Source: a virus. From it: a stretch of DNA of 64,000 nucleotides. Position numbers and translations under genes: made by a program. The number at the start of each line of letters is the position of its first letter. The stretch's first letter is position 1. This document shows, in pieces, positions 1 through 8,794 of this stretch. The notes below the pieces were generated by a model, which worked only from the letters and a program-made list of their open reading frames with translations, was not told the origin of the DNA and did no database searches. The stretch is taken from positions 1 to 64,000 of the IMG/VR virus record IMGVR_UViG_3300044697_000029; one strand, written 5' to 3'.

Positions 1-21
1 GCGGCGGGCGAGATCGAGACG

Positions 22-240
22 ATGCTCGACCAGGATGCGTTGCAGATCGCGCACATCAATGTCGCCAACTCCACCGTGCTTGCCAAGGCTCAGGCAGCGG
101 TCGATGCCGTGCCGGCCGCTGCGGCGGCGCTGGGTGTTACGCCGGCTGGGATGGCGCGCATGATCGTGGGGGCGGTGGATACCGGCTCGCGGACGGCTAC
201 GGCGGCTCCTGCGGCGGCTCCGGCGCTCAGGGCGGTGTGA
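22..240 (+). CDS. Hypothetical protein, probably the 3' part of an ORF starting before the window
   Basis: Ala-rich ORF; frame is open from position 1; stop overlaps the next ORF. Confidence 0.4.
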   Translation: MLDQDALQIAHINVANSTVLAKAQAAVDAVPAAAAALGVTPAGMARMIVGAVDTGSRTATAAPAAAPALRAV

Positions 241-717
241 TGCTTGTCACGGGCCTTTCGCACCACGAATGCCACGACCGGTTCGCGGCGCTCTTTGGTC
301 AATGCGCTTCGGATATGCAGCGCGGCGCATACGATGACGCCGTACGGCAGCGGGCAAATGTCTGGCGTTCAGCATCTATCGAACTTGCCTGCGTTCAGAA
401 ACTGGCGGCGCGGATGACCACACGCATAGCGGTGTTGCGCAAATGCCCACGCTTTGTGCGGGCGTATAACGGATGCGCTTATGATGGGGGCAATCCATGC
501 GAATGCGCCTCGCAGTTTGCCGCCAAGGCGCGGGGGTAGGGGATGAAATTCCGAGACTTTATGCTGACCAATGGCAGAATGCCCTGCATGGAATGTGAAA
601 CGGTAGAAAATTGCATCGCGGGCGGCTGCCATCGGACAGAAGTCGAGATAGAGTGCGCAGCCCGCATGGAGATGCTGACTGCCGCCGAACTCGTCGAGCG
701 CGACGCGATGATGGAGT

Positions 718-963
718 GTGTCGATGGCTGAGGACGGCGCTCCCTCCAACTCCGCCCGCGCCGACCGCATGAACAGTCTAGCGGCTCGCGTCATGGCAGC
801 GATCCCGGATGCCTACCTGGACGATCCCTACGTGCTGGCGGCTGCGCTCGGGGCGGTGTGCGGGACGTTTGCCGCAGCGACGGGGACGCCTGGGCAGTTC
901 CTGGGGGAACTGATCGCCGTTGCTGTTAGCATTACCAGCGGCAGAACGGCAGACGCGACATGA
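718..963 (+). CDS. Hypothetical protein
   Basis: Small ORF with plausible codon usage; GGAG just upstream. Confidence 0.45.
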   Translation: MSMAEDGAPSNSARADRMNSLAARVMAAIPDAYLDDPYVLAAALGAVCGTFAAATGTPGQFLGELIAVAVSITSGRTADAT

Positions 964-1390
964 TCCATGACAATTTCTGGTTCGGTTTCTACTGTGGCGC
1001 CGTTGTGATCGGCTACCCAAGTTTCTGTGCGTGGCTTTGGCTTCGCTGCGAGATTGACCGCCTACGAACGAGGCGCGGATGATGACCTGCGCTCGCCGAA
1101 CCTGCCGAGCCGATAAGCCGATCGACCGTCCGTGTCCGCGATGCGGTGGGATGGCGAACCTGATTGAAGGAGGAAGCCGATGGCCGGTCTCGCTCGCATC
1201 TGCAAGCTCTACGGCGCAATGGTCATCAACGGGCAGCGCTTCGTGTGGGACTACGCAAATGATCGCGCGGTCCCCGAACACGAAATGACGGCCGGATGGC
1301 TTGCCCGCGACATGCAGCGGGCACAGCGGCGTATGGCCGAATAGCGCGCGTTTATGGAATTTGCGAACTCGACAACCAAGGAGACCACAA

Positions 1391-1651
1391 ATGAAAGTGC
1401 TTGCCAAATTCATGCTGACCGGCCACAGGCATGACGCATACGGCCCCGATGCGGAGCGTCAAAGCCACGAGTTCACCTTCACCCCGCAGTATGATCCGAA
1501 TCTCCCCGAAGACCAACGGTTCAACAAAGCGTCGCCATCCGGCAGCATGACGATCCGGGTGGACAATCTGTCAGTCGTCCATTTCTGGGTGAACCAGATG
1601 GGACGCCAATTCTACCTCGATTTCACGCCGGCCGACGCCGATGGCGCTTGA
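1391..1651 (+). CDS. Conserved phage hypothetical protein (AKF...ASPSGSMTIRVDN...FYLDFTP type)
   Basis: AAGGAG RBS before ATG 1391; motif pattern typical of small phage proteins. Confidence 0.7.
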   Translation: MKVLAKFMLTGHRHDAYGPDAERQSHEFTFTPQYDPNLPEDQRFNKASPSGSMTIRVDNLSVVHFWVNQMGRQFYLDFTPADADGA

Positions 1652-1828
1652 TCCCGAGAACAAGCCGCGAGAGTTCCTGACGATCCTCATCGCGGCCGGC
1701 CTTCGCATCTTCGGCAACAAGCCGTGGAGCGACACCGAGCATTTCCAGGCTGCGGAGAAGTTCGTGGCTGAGGCCGAGCAACGCTACGGCAAGCTGAATC
1801 CATAACCAACCACAAGGAACACGTCACT

Positions 1829-2044
1829 ATGCATCCCTCAACATTCGAGTATCTGAAACCAACCGACGAGCAAATCGCCAAGATGGCGAAAGTCCGAGCC
1901 GCTTTCGCTGATCTGGTTGGGATGCTGGGAGGCGAACTGCCGCCGGGACCGGATGCGACCTACGTCATTCGGAAGGTGCGCGAGTGCGCCATGTGGGCGA
2001 ACGTCGCTATCACGCGGCATCCCGACGGCTCGCCACGCGAATAA
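1829..2044 (+). CDS. Acb2/Tad1-like helical hairpin protein (putative immune-signal sponge)
   Basis: FEYLKPTDEQ...VRAAF...LPPGPD...RKVRECAMWANVAITR resembles the FxYHxP...KLEEAxMWANxAIAR family; AAGGA RBS. Confidence 0.6.
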   Translation: MHPSTFEYLKPTDEQIAKMAKVRAAFADLVGMLGGELPPGPDATYVIRKVRECAMWANVAITRHPDGSPRE

Positions 2045-2114
2045 CGTGACCAACCTTCAACGTCACCAATTCAGCGCCTTGTGTGAGGCGCTTTACCAAA
2101 GGGACACAACAAAC

Positions 2115-2423
2115 ATGGATAGCGAGTCCGACGCCTCGAATCGACCGGATGGCCCCATCGTCACGCAAGCGGCGGCGCAGGGACAGCCGGACGCGAAGCG
2201 GCAGCCAACGGTTTCCATCCCACGCCATGCGTTACGCATCGCGTTGCGGCAGGCTGAACTGGCTGCTGACGAGATCAACGCCAAACTTCGCGATGCCGAG
2301 ATCGAGCGCGACCAGTTGGCGCGGAGGCTTGGCGTCCAGCAAGGGATCGTGGATCGTCTGACCGGCGAACGGGATTACCGTTCTTTGCATGTCCGTAGCC
2401 TCGAAGCGGCGGCGCGCGAGTAA
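2115..2423 (+). CDS. Hypothetical coiled-coil protein
   Basis: Heptad-like C-terminal half. Confidence 0.5.
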   Translation: MDSESDASNRPDGPIVTQAAAQGQPDAKRQPTVSIPRHALRIALRQAELAADEINAKLRDAEIERDQLARRLGVQQGIVDRLTGERDYRSLHVRSLEAAARE

Positions 2424-2456
2424 GGGCTTCATACTCATCACAAGGAACACGTCACC

Positions 2457-3008
2457 ATGATCCACCTCACCCGCCGCCGGCTGCTGGCCGGAACCGCCGC
2501 ACTACCCCTCCCGCTGATGCTGGGCGGCTGCCCAGCCGGCACGACGCTCACCCCGGCCCAAGTCGTCTCCTACGCGCAGACCGCCGTCAGCGGCCTCGCC
2601 GGCGCATTCAAGGCGCTGGTCGCCGCAGACCCGGCGCTGGTGCCAACGGCAACCGCGACCGCGATCGTCGGGTATCTCAACGATGCCCAGGTCGTGGCTG
2701 GCGGCCTCTCTGCGAACCTGACAGCGCCAGCGGGGGCGACTGTGGTACAGCAGATCGACACGGACCTGAATGCCGTTCTGAATGCCCTGGCCGCACCGCC
2801 GATAAACGGGTTGATCCCGGCCCCGTTCAATGAGGCCATTGCGGCGGTTGCCATCGTGGCGCCGACGCTGGAAGCGTTCGTGAACCAATATCTCCCGGCC
2901 GCGCCTGTCGCCGCTGCATCGCTCGCTCGCGCCAAGGTGGCAGCCCTTGCGCCGGCCATGACGGTGCCGCAGGCGGTCGCGGTGTTGCAGGGGTATGCGG
3001 GGAAGTAA
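2457..3008 (+). CDS. Putative Tat-exported lipoprotein
   Basis: LTRRRLL twin-Arg motif, hydrophobic stretch, LGGC lipobox; AAGGA RBS. Confidence 0.7.
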   Translation: MIHLTRRRLLAGTAALPLPLMLGGCPAGTTLTPAQVVSYAQTAVSGLAGAFKALVAADPALVPTATATAIVGYLNDAQVVAGGLSANLTAPAGATVVQQIDTDLNAVLNALAAPPINGLIPAPFNEAIAAVAIVAPTLEAFVNQYLPAAPVAAASLARAKVAALAPAMTVPQAVAVLQGYAGK

Positions 3009-3010
3009 CA

Positions 3011-3313
3011 ATGCCCCGCCGCACCGAGGCACCGTCCTTCCCGATCCGCTCGTCGCTGCCCGTGGCGTCGCAGCCTGAGCGTCCGCGGGGCGATAAGAAC
3101 TGTATGGCGACGCATCCAATCGTGCACGGTCTTGTCCTGACGGTTTGCCCTGGAGACCGGAACGACCTGATTGCAATCTGCTCGGATGGCTCGCCGCAGC
3201 TTGGACATGAGGATATTACAGTCCTCTCGGTGGAACGTGTAAATTCAGTGAAGGCTGCGCGGGACTGGTTTCGTCGCGTTAAAAAAGAGCGGCCGTGGGA
3301 AACGCGAAATTGA
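3011..3313 (+). CDS. Hypothetical protein
   Basis: Fills the gap between coupled genes; start uncertain. Confidence 0.45.
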   Translation: MPRRTEAPSFPIRSSLPVASQPERPRGDKNCMATHPIVHGLVLTVCPGDRNDLIAICSDGSPQLGHEDITVLSVERVNSVKAARDWFRRVKKERPWETRN

Positions 3314-3315
3314 AC

Positions 3316-3990
3316 ATGATCGACCTCTCCACCATCCGCACCTTCGGCCGCCTCCCGCACGCCCCGGAGCGCGTCGCCGCAGTGGCGGCGCACACTGCTG
3401 CCGGCGCGCCGCCGCCGCCCGAGTATCCAGGACGGCTCCCGGCATGGACCCCGACGCTGGCCGACAACACCACACTCCCGACCTGCGTGGTGGCAGGCGC
3501 CGCCAACGACGCGCGGGCCTGGGCGGCCGCACAGGGCTACGACCTGCCAATCGTGGATCAGAAGCTGTACGACCTCTACGGCGCCCTGGCGCCGTGCCAG
3601 CCCACGGAACAGGCCATCGCTGCCACGGATGGGCTGGTCATGCTGGACGCGCTGCAATACCTAGCGCAACACGGCTTCGATTACGGCGGACCGGGGCCGA
3701 TGTCGCTCACGGCGTTCCGGGTGGGGTTGGCCGCCGAGGCGATCCGTGAGGCCACATTCGCGCGCGGCGCGGTGTATGCCGGCGTCATGCTGTACCAGTC
3801 CGACATGACGGATGACGCTGCGTGGCACGGCACCCCGGCGGGGGCGCAGGCCGGGCGCCATTGTCTCGTCGTGATCGGCTACGCGCCGGGGCGGTTCATG
3901 CTGGCGACCTGGGGCATGGTGATCATGTGCGATGACGATTGGCTGGTGGGGCGTATTGAGGAGGCTTACGGGCTGGCCTGGGGGCTGTAG
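3316..3990 (+). CDS. Papain-like (C1-type) cysteine peptidase
   Basis: DNTTLPTCVVA (Cys), GRHCLVVIGY (His) and ATWG motifs in the expected order. Confidence 0.7.
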   Translation: MIDLSTIRTFGRLPHAPERVAAVAAHTAAGAPPPPEYPGRLPAWTPTLADNTTLPTCVVAGAANDARAWAAAQGYDLPIVDQKLYDLYGALAPCQPTEQAIAATDGLVMLDALQYLAQHGFDYGGPGPMSLTAFRVGLAAEAIREATFARGAVYAGVMLYQSDMTDDAAWHGTPAGAQAGRHCLVVIGYAPGRFMLATWGMVIMCDDDWLVGRIEEAYGLAWGL

Positions 3991-4013
3991 CGGCTGCCAT
4001 CGCCCGACGCGCG

Positions 4014-4045
4014 AACGCCCCGCTGGCCGATGGCTGGCGGGCGTT
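4014..4045. terminator. Hairpin between convergent operons, possible terminator
   Basis: aacgccc-cgctggcc-gat-ggctggcg-ggcgtt stem; no U-tract. Confidence 0.4.
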
Positions 4046-4055
4046 GGGGGAAGGC

Positions 4056-4280
4056 TCACCAGTAGTACTCGTGCGGCCGGCGCGATCCCACACTGAACGC
4101 AGCGGAATCGGCGTCTATGTCGCCGGCCGCAATTCGATGCAGCAAACGACCATCGCGGCGTCGGTTTGGCACAGTGACGCAAAGATGGCTGTACCAGTTC
4201 GGTTCAGGGCCGACGTGCGGGAGCAAGCGCACGTAGTGCCGCTTCCCGTATTTCCAATGATGGTGATAGGTCCGGGACAT
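4056..4280 (-). CDS. Small phage hypothetical protein (MSRT...PHEYYW type)
   Basis: AAGGA RBS; characteristic termini. Confidence 0.65.
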   Translation of the reverse strand: MSRTYHHHWKYGKRHYVRLLPHVGPEPNWYSHLCVTVPNRRRDGRLLHRIAAGDIDADSAAFSVGSRRPHEYYW

Positions 4281-4541
4281 GGCGGATTTCCTTGAGTGTC
4301 TGCCTACGTCACGGTCTTTCTCCTCTATTTATTGCTGCGGGCCATCCGACAGATGGTCACCGACTTGCGCCAGCCGAGCTACTAACGGCTGGTGAGGCCG
4401 CTTTCTTCCCGCCGCAGCCCCGCCCTCATACAGCAACGGCCCCGCTTTTGGCTAGGGCCGTGTGTGCTGCGGGCCGGGCTGACAGTCCCGGCCGCCAGTT
4501 CACGGGTGTTGATTCACGCCGCCGCAGCGCCGTCAGCAGCG

Positions 4542-5339
4542 TCAATATCTTGCGTGCAATCGCTGCATTTCTGCAAGGGCGACTTTGATACGATCCGATG
4601 ATAGGCGTTCGGCCTCCGTTAGTGGTCGCCCCGCCAAGCTTTGCACAAACTGATCAAGTTCGGCCGCGATATCCAAAGGTACCGGATCGGCCGCTAGTGA
4701 TCCTGCTGCGGCAGCAGTTTCTAGTCCCTTCTTAAGCCTAGCCATTTGCAGGTCCGCCGCTTTCATGTCCTCCCGGTCCACATAGTCTGCTACCTTGTTA
4801 CGGGCGCTCCCGAGTAGAACCACGGCGTCAGTCAGCCAAGGATCAGCGCCCACGGACTCCACAGCATCAATCGCGGCGCAGATAGCCTGCTCGGCATCAG
4901 TGTGCCGCAATGTGTCGCAGCGGCGCAAGGGATCGCGGGGTTGGAAGGGACTGGTCGGAACCAGTCCAAGGCCCCGCTCAATCCGGTAGCATTTCCTGGC
5001 GCGATCACACCAAACTGCCGCTTCGCAACAACCGCAAGGGCGCCAGAATCCCCCTGGCGCATCTGGATCGCTCAACTCCCAACGAATCGCTTCCTTCGGC
5101 TCGCCGGGGCCACGTAGCCAATCAATGCGTAGTTTGCGAGCGGTCTCGACGATGGCCTTCGGAGTTCCGTTCAGGGCGGACTCAGCGTCGGCAAGCGCGT
5201 GCGCCACGACGTTTGCGCGATCAACGTTGTCAAATTCGCCGAAGGGGATGGATTTCTGATCGCCATAGTCATCATCGCAGATGAAATCGGTGACGACGTA
5301 GCGGACCACCGGGCGCACCCGGATTTCACGGTAACTCAT
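4542..5339 (-). CDS. Hypothetical multi-module phage protein
   Basis: AGGAGA RBS; AEQAI..AIDAVESVGAD..LTDAVVLL module. Confidence 0.6.
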   Translation of the reverse strand: MSYREIRVRPVVRYVVTDFICDDDYGDQKSIPFGEFDNVDRANVVAHALADAESALNGTPKAIVETARKLRIDWLRGPGEPKEAIRWELSDPDAPGGFWRPCGCCEAAVWCDRARKCYRIERGLGLVPTSPFQPRDPLRRCDTLRHTDAEQAICAAIDAVESVGADPWLTDAVVLLGSARNKVADYVDREDMKAADLQMARLKKGLETAAAAGSLAADPVPLDIAAELDQFVQSLAGRPLTEAERLSSDRIKVALAEMQRLHARY

Positions 5340-5578
5340 GGTTCTCTCCTGTCAGCCTCCGCAGAGGCTACATGGCTGCGACACCACGCCGCAGCCCCAT
5401 CCCTATAGCGCACCGCGGGCGGCGGGGCTATAGTTAGATTCCCTTGCGGGGAAATGCGGCCGACCTTTCGTCACACCACAGCAGTCGTCCGGATCGCCGG
5501 GCGGCTGTTGGTGGTTTGGGGGCGACGATTCGGAACGGCTTCTATGGCAGAGCTACGACGCGAGCCATTGACTCCCCC

Positions 5579-6043
5579 TCAAAGGTAGCTCTTGCCTACC
5601 ACACGACCCCCTACTTTATCAAGTAGGTATCTGACTTTAGGCTTTTCTCCCGCCATAACCAGTGGCGCCTGCCGAGGCGGCGCGGCGACGAAACGTGCGC
5701 CACTGATCTGATTGTTCATTCGAGCCAAAGCATCAAGTACATCCACCGACAACCTTGCATCTTCTCGATCCCAGGTCCCTAAGGCTGGGTCGGCTGCCTT
5801 TTGATCGAACCGCGCTCGCATAGCGTTCAGCGTCCGCTCGCCGCGCCCCATGTCGCACAGATACGCCCGGATTTCTTGACGAACGGCGGAATACCTGATT
5901 CTAGATGGGGTAGTGTAGTCCCGTGCGTTGCGGATAATCCCCATTCTGCCAGTGTCGCCGGCCACCATGAAGCGGGCCAGCTCATTGGCGCTAATGCGGG
6001 GGTTTTCGCGGCGACCGCCGCGGGACAGGGGAGATCGCGTCAT
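5579..6043 (-). CDS. Hypothetical protein, possibly C-terminally truncated
   Basis: PRISANELARF...IRY start; low-information tail after PLVMAG. Confidence 0.5.
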   Translation of the reverse strand: MTRSPLSRGGRRENPRISANELARFMVAGDTGRMGIIRNARDYTTPSRIRYSAVRQEIRAYLCDMGRGERTLNAMRARFDQKAADPALGTWDREDARLSVDVLDALARMNNQISGARFVAAPPRQAPLVMAGEKPKVRYLLDKVGGRVVGKSYL

Positions 6044-6302
6044 GGAATCTGATGACCTTTTCGTGGTTGAGCGTCTTGATAACTGCCGGTCACTGTGCCT
6101 TTCGACCCTGGCCCGTCAGACCGTAAACGAATCGGAGGCGTCCCATCTCGGGGGCGATAGGGGATTTTTCATCTATGAGGTCGATGACAGTCAACCGGCA
6201 GATGGTATCCAGATATTGGCAAAGGCCGCATCGTTGGAGGCGGCATTCAGACTAATTGACCTTTGGCGAGCCAGGATCGGCCGACCGGGACTGCATTCCT
6301 AG
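6042..6302 (+). CDS. Hypothetical protein
   Basis: GGAG RBS; protein-like composition; opposite strand to neighbours. Confidence 0.55.
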   Translation: MESDDLFVVERLDNCRSLCLSTLARQTVNESEASHLGGDRGFFIYEVDDSQPADGIQILAKAASLEAAFRLIDLWRARIGRPGLHS

Positions 6303-6322
6303 CCGCCATTCTCTTTATTGAA

Positions 6323-6428
6323 ACTGACCCACTACCCATGGGCGCAAATCATGGCTCGTTGCCAGCTTGAGTCGAGTCGGACAATATTCCTTGGACGACA
6401 ATCTCATTCCTGATACTGACCCACTACC
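6323..6428. repeat. Two direct 14-bp copies of ACTGACCCACTACC (6323-6336, 6415-6428), IS-terminus-like
   Basis: Exact repeat; reverse complement starts GGTAGTG like IS1-family ends. Confidence 0.6.
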
Positions 6429-6574
6429 AGGGCCAGCCTCAACTTGTATCATCACTCCGTTGCGCGGTTTCATGCGACGTTCGTTGCCGTGGTCCGTGAC
6501 ATATCGACGGGCGATCTGCGCGGCTTTCATGGTCCAATCGGGTTCGGCGGTGATCGTCATTCTGATGGTGGCGC

Positions 6575-6940
6575 TCACCCCACACCTCCCGCACGGATGG
6601 CTGCGGCAATGCTTTTCTTGGTAGCCTTCACTGCGGCGATGATTGCGCGCTCTACCGCGACGGTGTTCTGAGATAAGACGGACGCCACGATAGATGGTGG
6701 CATTTCTCCTGCGGCCGGCTCTTCCTCTTCGTCCGCGATCTTCGCATCCGCCTCCCGCACCCGCTCGGCGACCAGGGAGGCGATGGCGGCAACGCAGCCA
6801 GGCCAGAGTGATCCCTTTTCGGCGATCTTCGTCTCAATGAACATCGCAAGCTCTGGACTCGGCGTGCCAAGAACGCGTTCAGCAATATCCTCCACCGTGA
6901 TCCCGTGCGCGCGGAGGATGGTGGCGAGGTCAGGGGGCAT
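6575..6940 (-). CDS. Hypothetical protein
   Basis: Part of a coupled leftward ORF chain. Confidence 0.55.
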   Translation of the reverse strand: MPPDLATILRAHGITVEDIAERVLGTPSPELAMFIETKIAEKGSLWPGCVAAIASLVAERVREADAKIADEEEEPAAGEMPPSIVASVLSQNTVAVERAIIAAVKATKKSIAAAIRAGGVG

Positions 6941-7325
6941 CGGGGTTCTCCGGCATGGACGGCAGCGGTGTCCAGTGCGTGTGATAACCGGGCCAGCCGC
7001 CTACATATCCGCGGCAGACAACGCGGGTTTCCGGCGCATCGCGTGTCCAGACTTCGACGGTATGACCCACCGAAAGCGGCGAGCCTATCCACGGGGCCTC
7101 CTCAATCGGAAAGCGCCACCACAGGACATCGCCGACTTCTTCCGTCCAGTCGCTCAACGGACGCGGCTTGCCGGCCTCGGCCTCCGCAGCCGCCAGCGCG
7201 GCGCGCATCATGTGCTGAAACTGCCCAGGAGCCGGGCCGTTAGAAAAAGAGAATCCTTGCGGCATTGCCTGCAAGAACGTCTCGCACGCCGCTTCCACGA
7301 CGCGATCGGGGATTTCAACGGGCAT
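6930..7325 (-). CDS. Phage hypothetical protein (DVLWWRFPIEEAPWIGSP...THWTPLP)
   Basis: GGAG RBS; THWxPLP C-terminus common in phage accessory genes. Confidence 0.7.
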   Translation of the reverse strand: MPVEIPDRVVEAACETFLQAMPQGFSFSNGPAPGQFQHMMRAALAAAEAEAGKPRPLSDWTEEVGDVLWWRFPIEEAPWIGSPLSVGHTVEVWTRDAPETRVVCRGYVGGWPGYHTHWTPLPSMPENPDAP

Positions 7326-7833
7326 TGCGCTTCTCCTTGTGTGTCGCCTGCAACCGCGCCCGCGCCTCAGTAAGCTCGCGCTGCAACAGGTCGATCGTCG
7401 CGGCCTGGCGGGTGCGGGTGGCTTCGGATGCGGCGTAGGCGTCGAGGAGGGTTAGGATGGTCTGGGGATCGCAGGCGGCAATGAAAGCGCCATTATCCTT
7501 CATCTGCTGCCGTGTGTTGGCGGCGACACCCGGGGCTCCCAGCCACGATATGTTACCGCATTGAGCGATTGCGTTTTCGTCCTTTGTCTCGACCCACACG
7601 TCTGGGCAACTCCACGGCCCAGGCGTCGCCCTCTCCGCGAGCGCCCGCAGCGCATCGAGGTCAGTAGTAAGGCCCGGCGCAGATTCGTGGTCAGACATCG
7701 GCACCGCTCCTTTTTCTTTGGCTTCTGCCGCCATCAGCGCGTCCTTCTCGTCCTGGCCGAGCGCGGACCATTGGTTGAACTGATCGGCTCCGGCGTTCCA
7801 GCGCGCGACTACCGCAGATTCGTGGTCAGACAT
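7315..7833 (-). CDS. Ead/Ea22-like protein with duplicated N-terminus
   Basis: LRALAERATPGPW...NGAFIAACDPQTILTLL. Confidence 0.75.
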   Translation of the reverse strand: MSDHESAVVARWNAGADQFNQWSALGQDEKDALMAAEAKEKGAVPMSDHESAPGLTTDLDALRALAERATPGPWSCPDVWVETKDENAIAQCGNISWLGAPGVAANTRQQMKDNGAFIAACDPQTILTLLDAYAASEATRTRQAATIDLLQRELTEARARLQATHKEKRNAR

Positions 7834-7838
7834 CGGCA
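7678..7838. repeat. 26-bp direct repeat (7678-7703, 7813-7838) encoding PMSDHESA
   Basis: cgcagattcgtggtcagacatcggca occurs twice. Confidence 0.9.
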
Positions 7839-8056
7839 GCCTCCATGAATGCCGCTTCGACCGCCAGGAAGACGGCGGTTTCACGGACGGTAAGGTTGCC
7901 GATCGCCACGCCGCTGCGGTCGTTCGTTGCGACGCGGAACTCCTTCATGGCGCAGTATGTGGCACTAAGCACTGCGTCCAACAGCCGCTCATCCCTCGCT
8001 TTGTCCCGCTGTGCGAGGTGCGACAGGCAGTCCGGGAGGGGGTTGCGCTCAGCCAT
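7826..8056 (-). CDS. Hypothetical protein
   Basis: Overlaps neighbours in the operon. Confidence 0.5.
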   Translation of the reverse strand: MAERNPLPDCLSHLAQRDKARDERLLDAVLSATYCAMKEFRVATNDRSGVAIGNLTVRETAVFLAVEAAFMEAADV

Positions 8057-8423
8057 TGGAAGCCGGCGGGAACATCTCTGCCATCAGTCGCAGGATGGCG
8101 TCGGCGGCAAGATGCGGCGGTCGGTGCCAAGCGACACTAATTCCGCGCCGTAACTCCCACCAAGCGTCGTCGGCGGCGCGCGTCGCATCGCGTTCCGCAC
8201 GCTGGTGTTGCCAGTCCTCCTCTGACCGGTACATCGCGCCGTAGAAGCCTTCAACATGCATGGTCTTGATATTGAATCGCACTGGCCGAAGCCAACACGA
8301 GTGCGGGAAGAACTCTGCCCACTTGCGCCCGACCTTTTTGATCTCGATCTCGGTCGGCGCCCACTCATCCAGACCGCGGCAGCACCACAGAAGCTTGTCG
8401 CCGGGCTTGATGGTCTGGGGCAT
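8049..8423 (-). CDS. Hypothetical protein (IKKVGRKW beta-barrel-like)
   Basis: TGATG coupling to the upstream gene; AAGGA RBS. Confidence 0.6.
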   Translation of the reverse strand: MPQTIKPGDKLLWCCRGLDEWAPTEIEIKKVGRKWAEFFPHSCWLRPVRFNIKTMHVEGFYGAMYRSEEDWQHQRAERDATRAADDAWWELRRGISVAWHRPPHLAADAILRLMAEMFPPASNG

Positions 8424-8722
8424 CAGGAGCGTTCCTTTACTTCCGACAGCAGCGCTCGGCCGGCCTCGGTGGTGCGCCATCCGGCATGCGGCATGTTAGA
8501 CACAAGCCCGCGCTTCCTCAGCGACCCACAAACACTGGCCCCAACCGCTTGATTTCCGCCGCAGGCGACGCCACGCTCGAAACACCGCATCGAACACGCG
8601 ACCACTGTCCCCTCGTTGCGCTGCTGTGCATACCAGGGGTCCGGCAGAATGAGATGACGATGCGGCCCGATCGACGCTCGGGCCTCGGCACCGCACGCAT
8701 CGCAGATTGCTATGAGGCTCAT
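8423..8722 (-). CDS. Hypothetical protein with CxxC motifs
   Basis: GAGGAGG RBS; CDAC and CSMRC. Confidence 0.6.
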   Translation of the reverse strand: MSLIAICDACGAEARASIGPHRHLILPDPWYAQQRNEGTVVACSMRCFERGVACGGNQAVGASVCGSLRKRGLVSNMPHAGWRTTEAGRALLSEVKERS

Positions 8723-8794
8723 GTTACCTCCTCAGCGCCTCAAAGATGGCGCGCTCGATGGCGTCACGCACCCGCTTGAGGATGGGGGGGGACA

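Noticed and set aside
5404-5434. ctatagc...gctatag inverted repeat as a terminator or element end
   Set aside because: Short, no U-tract and no partner feature
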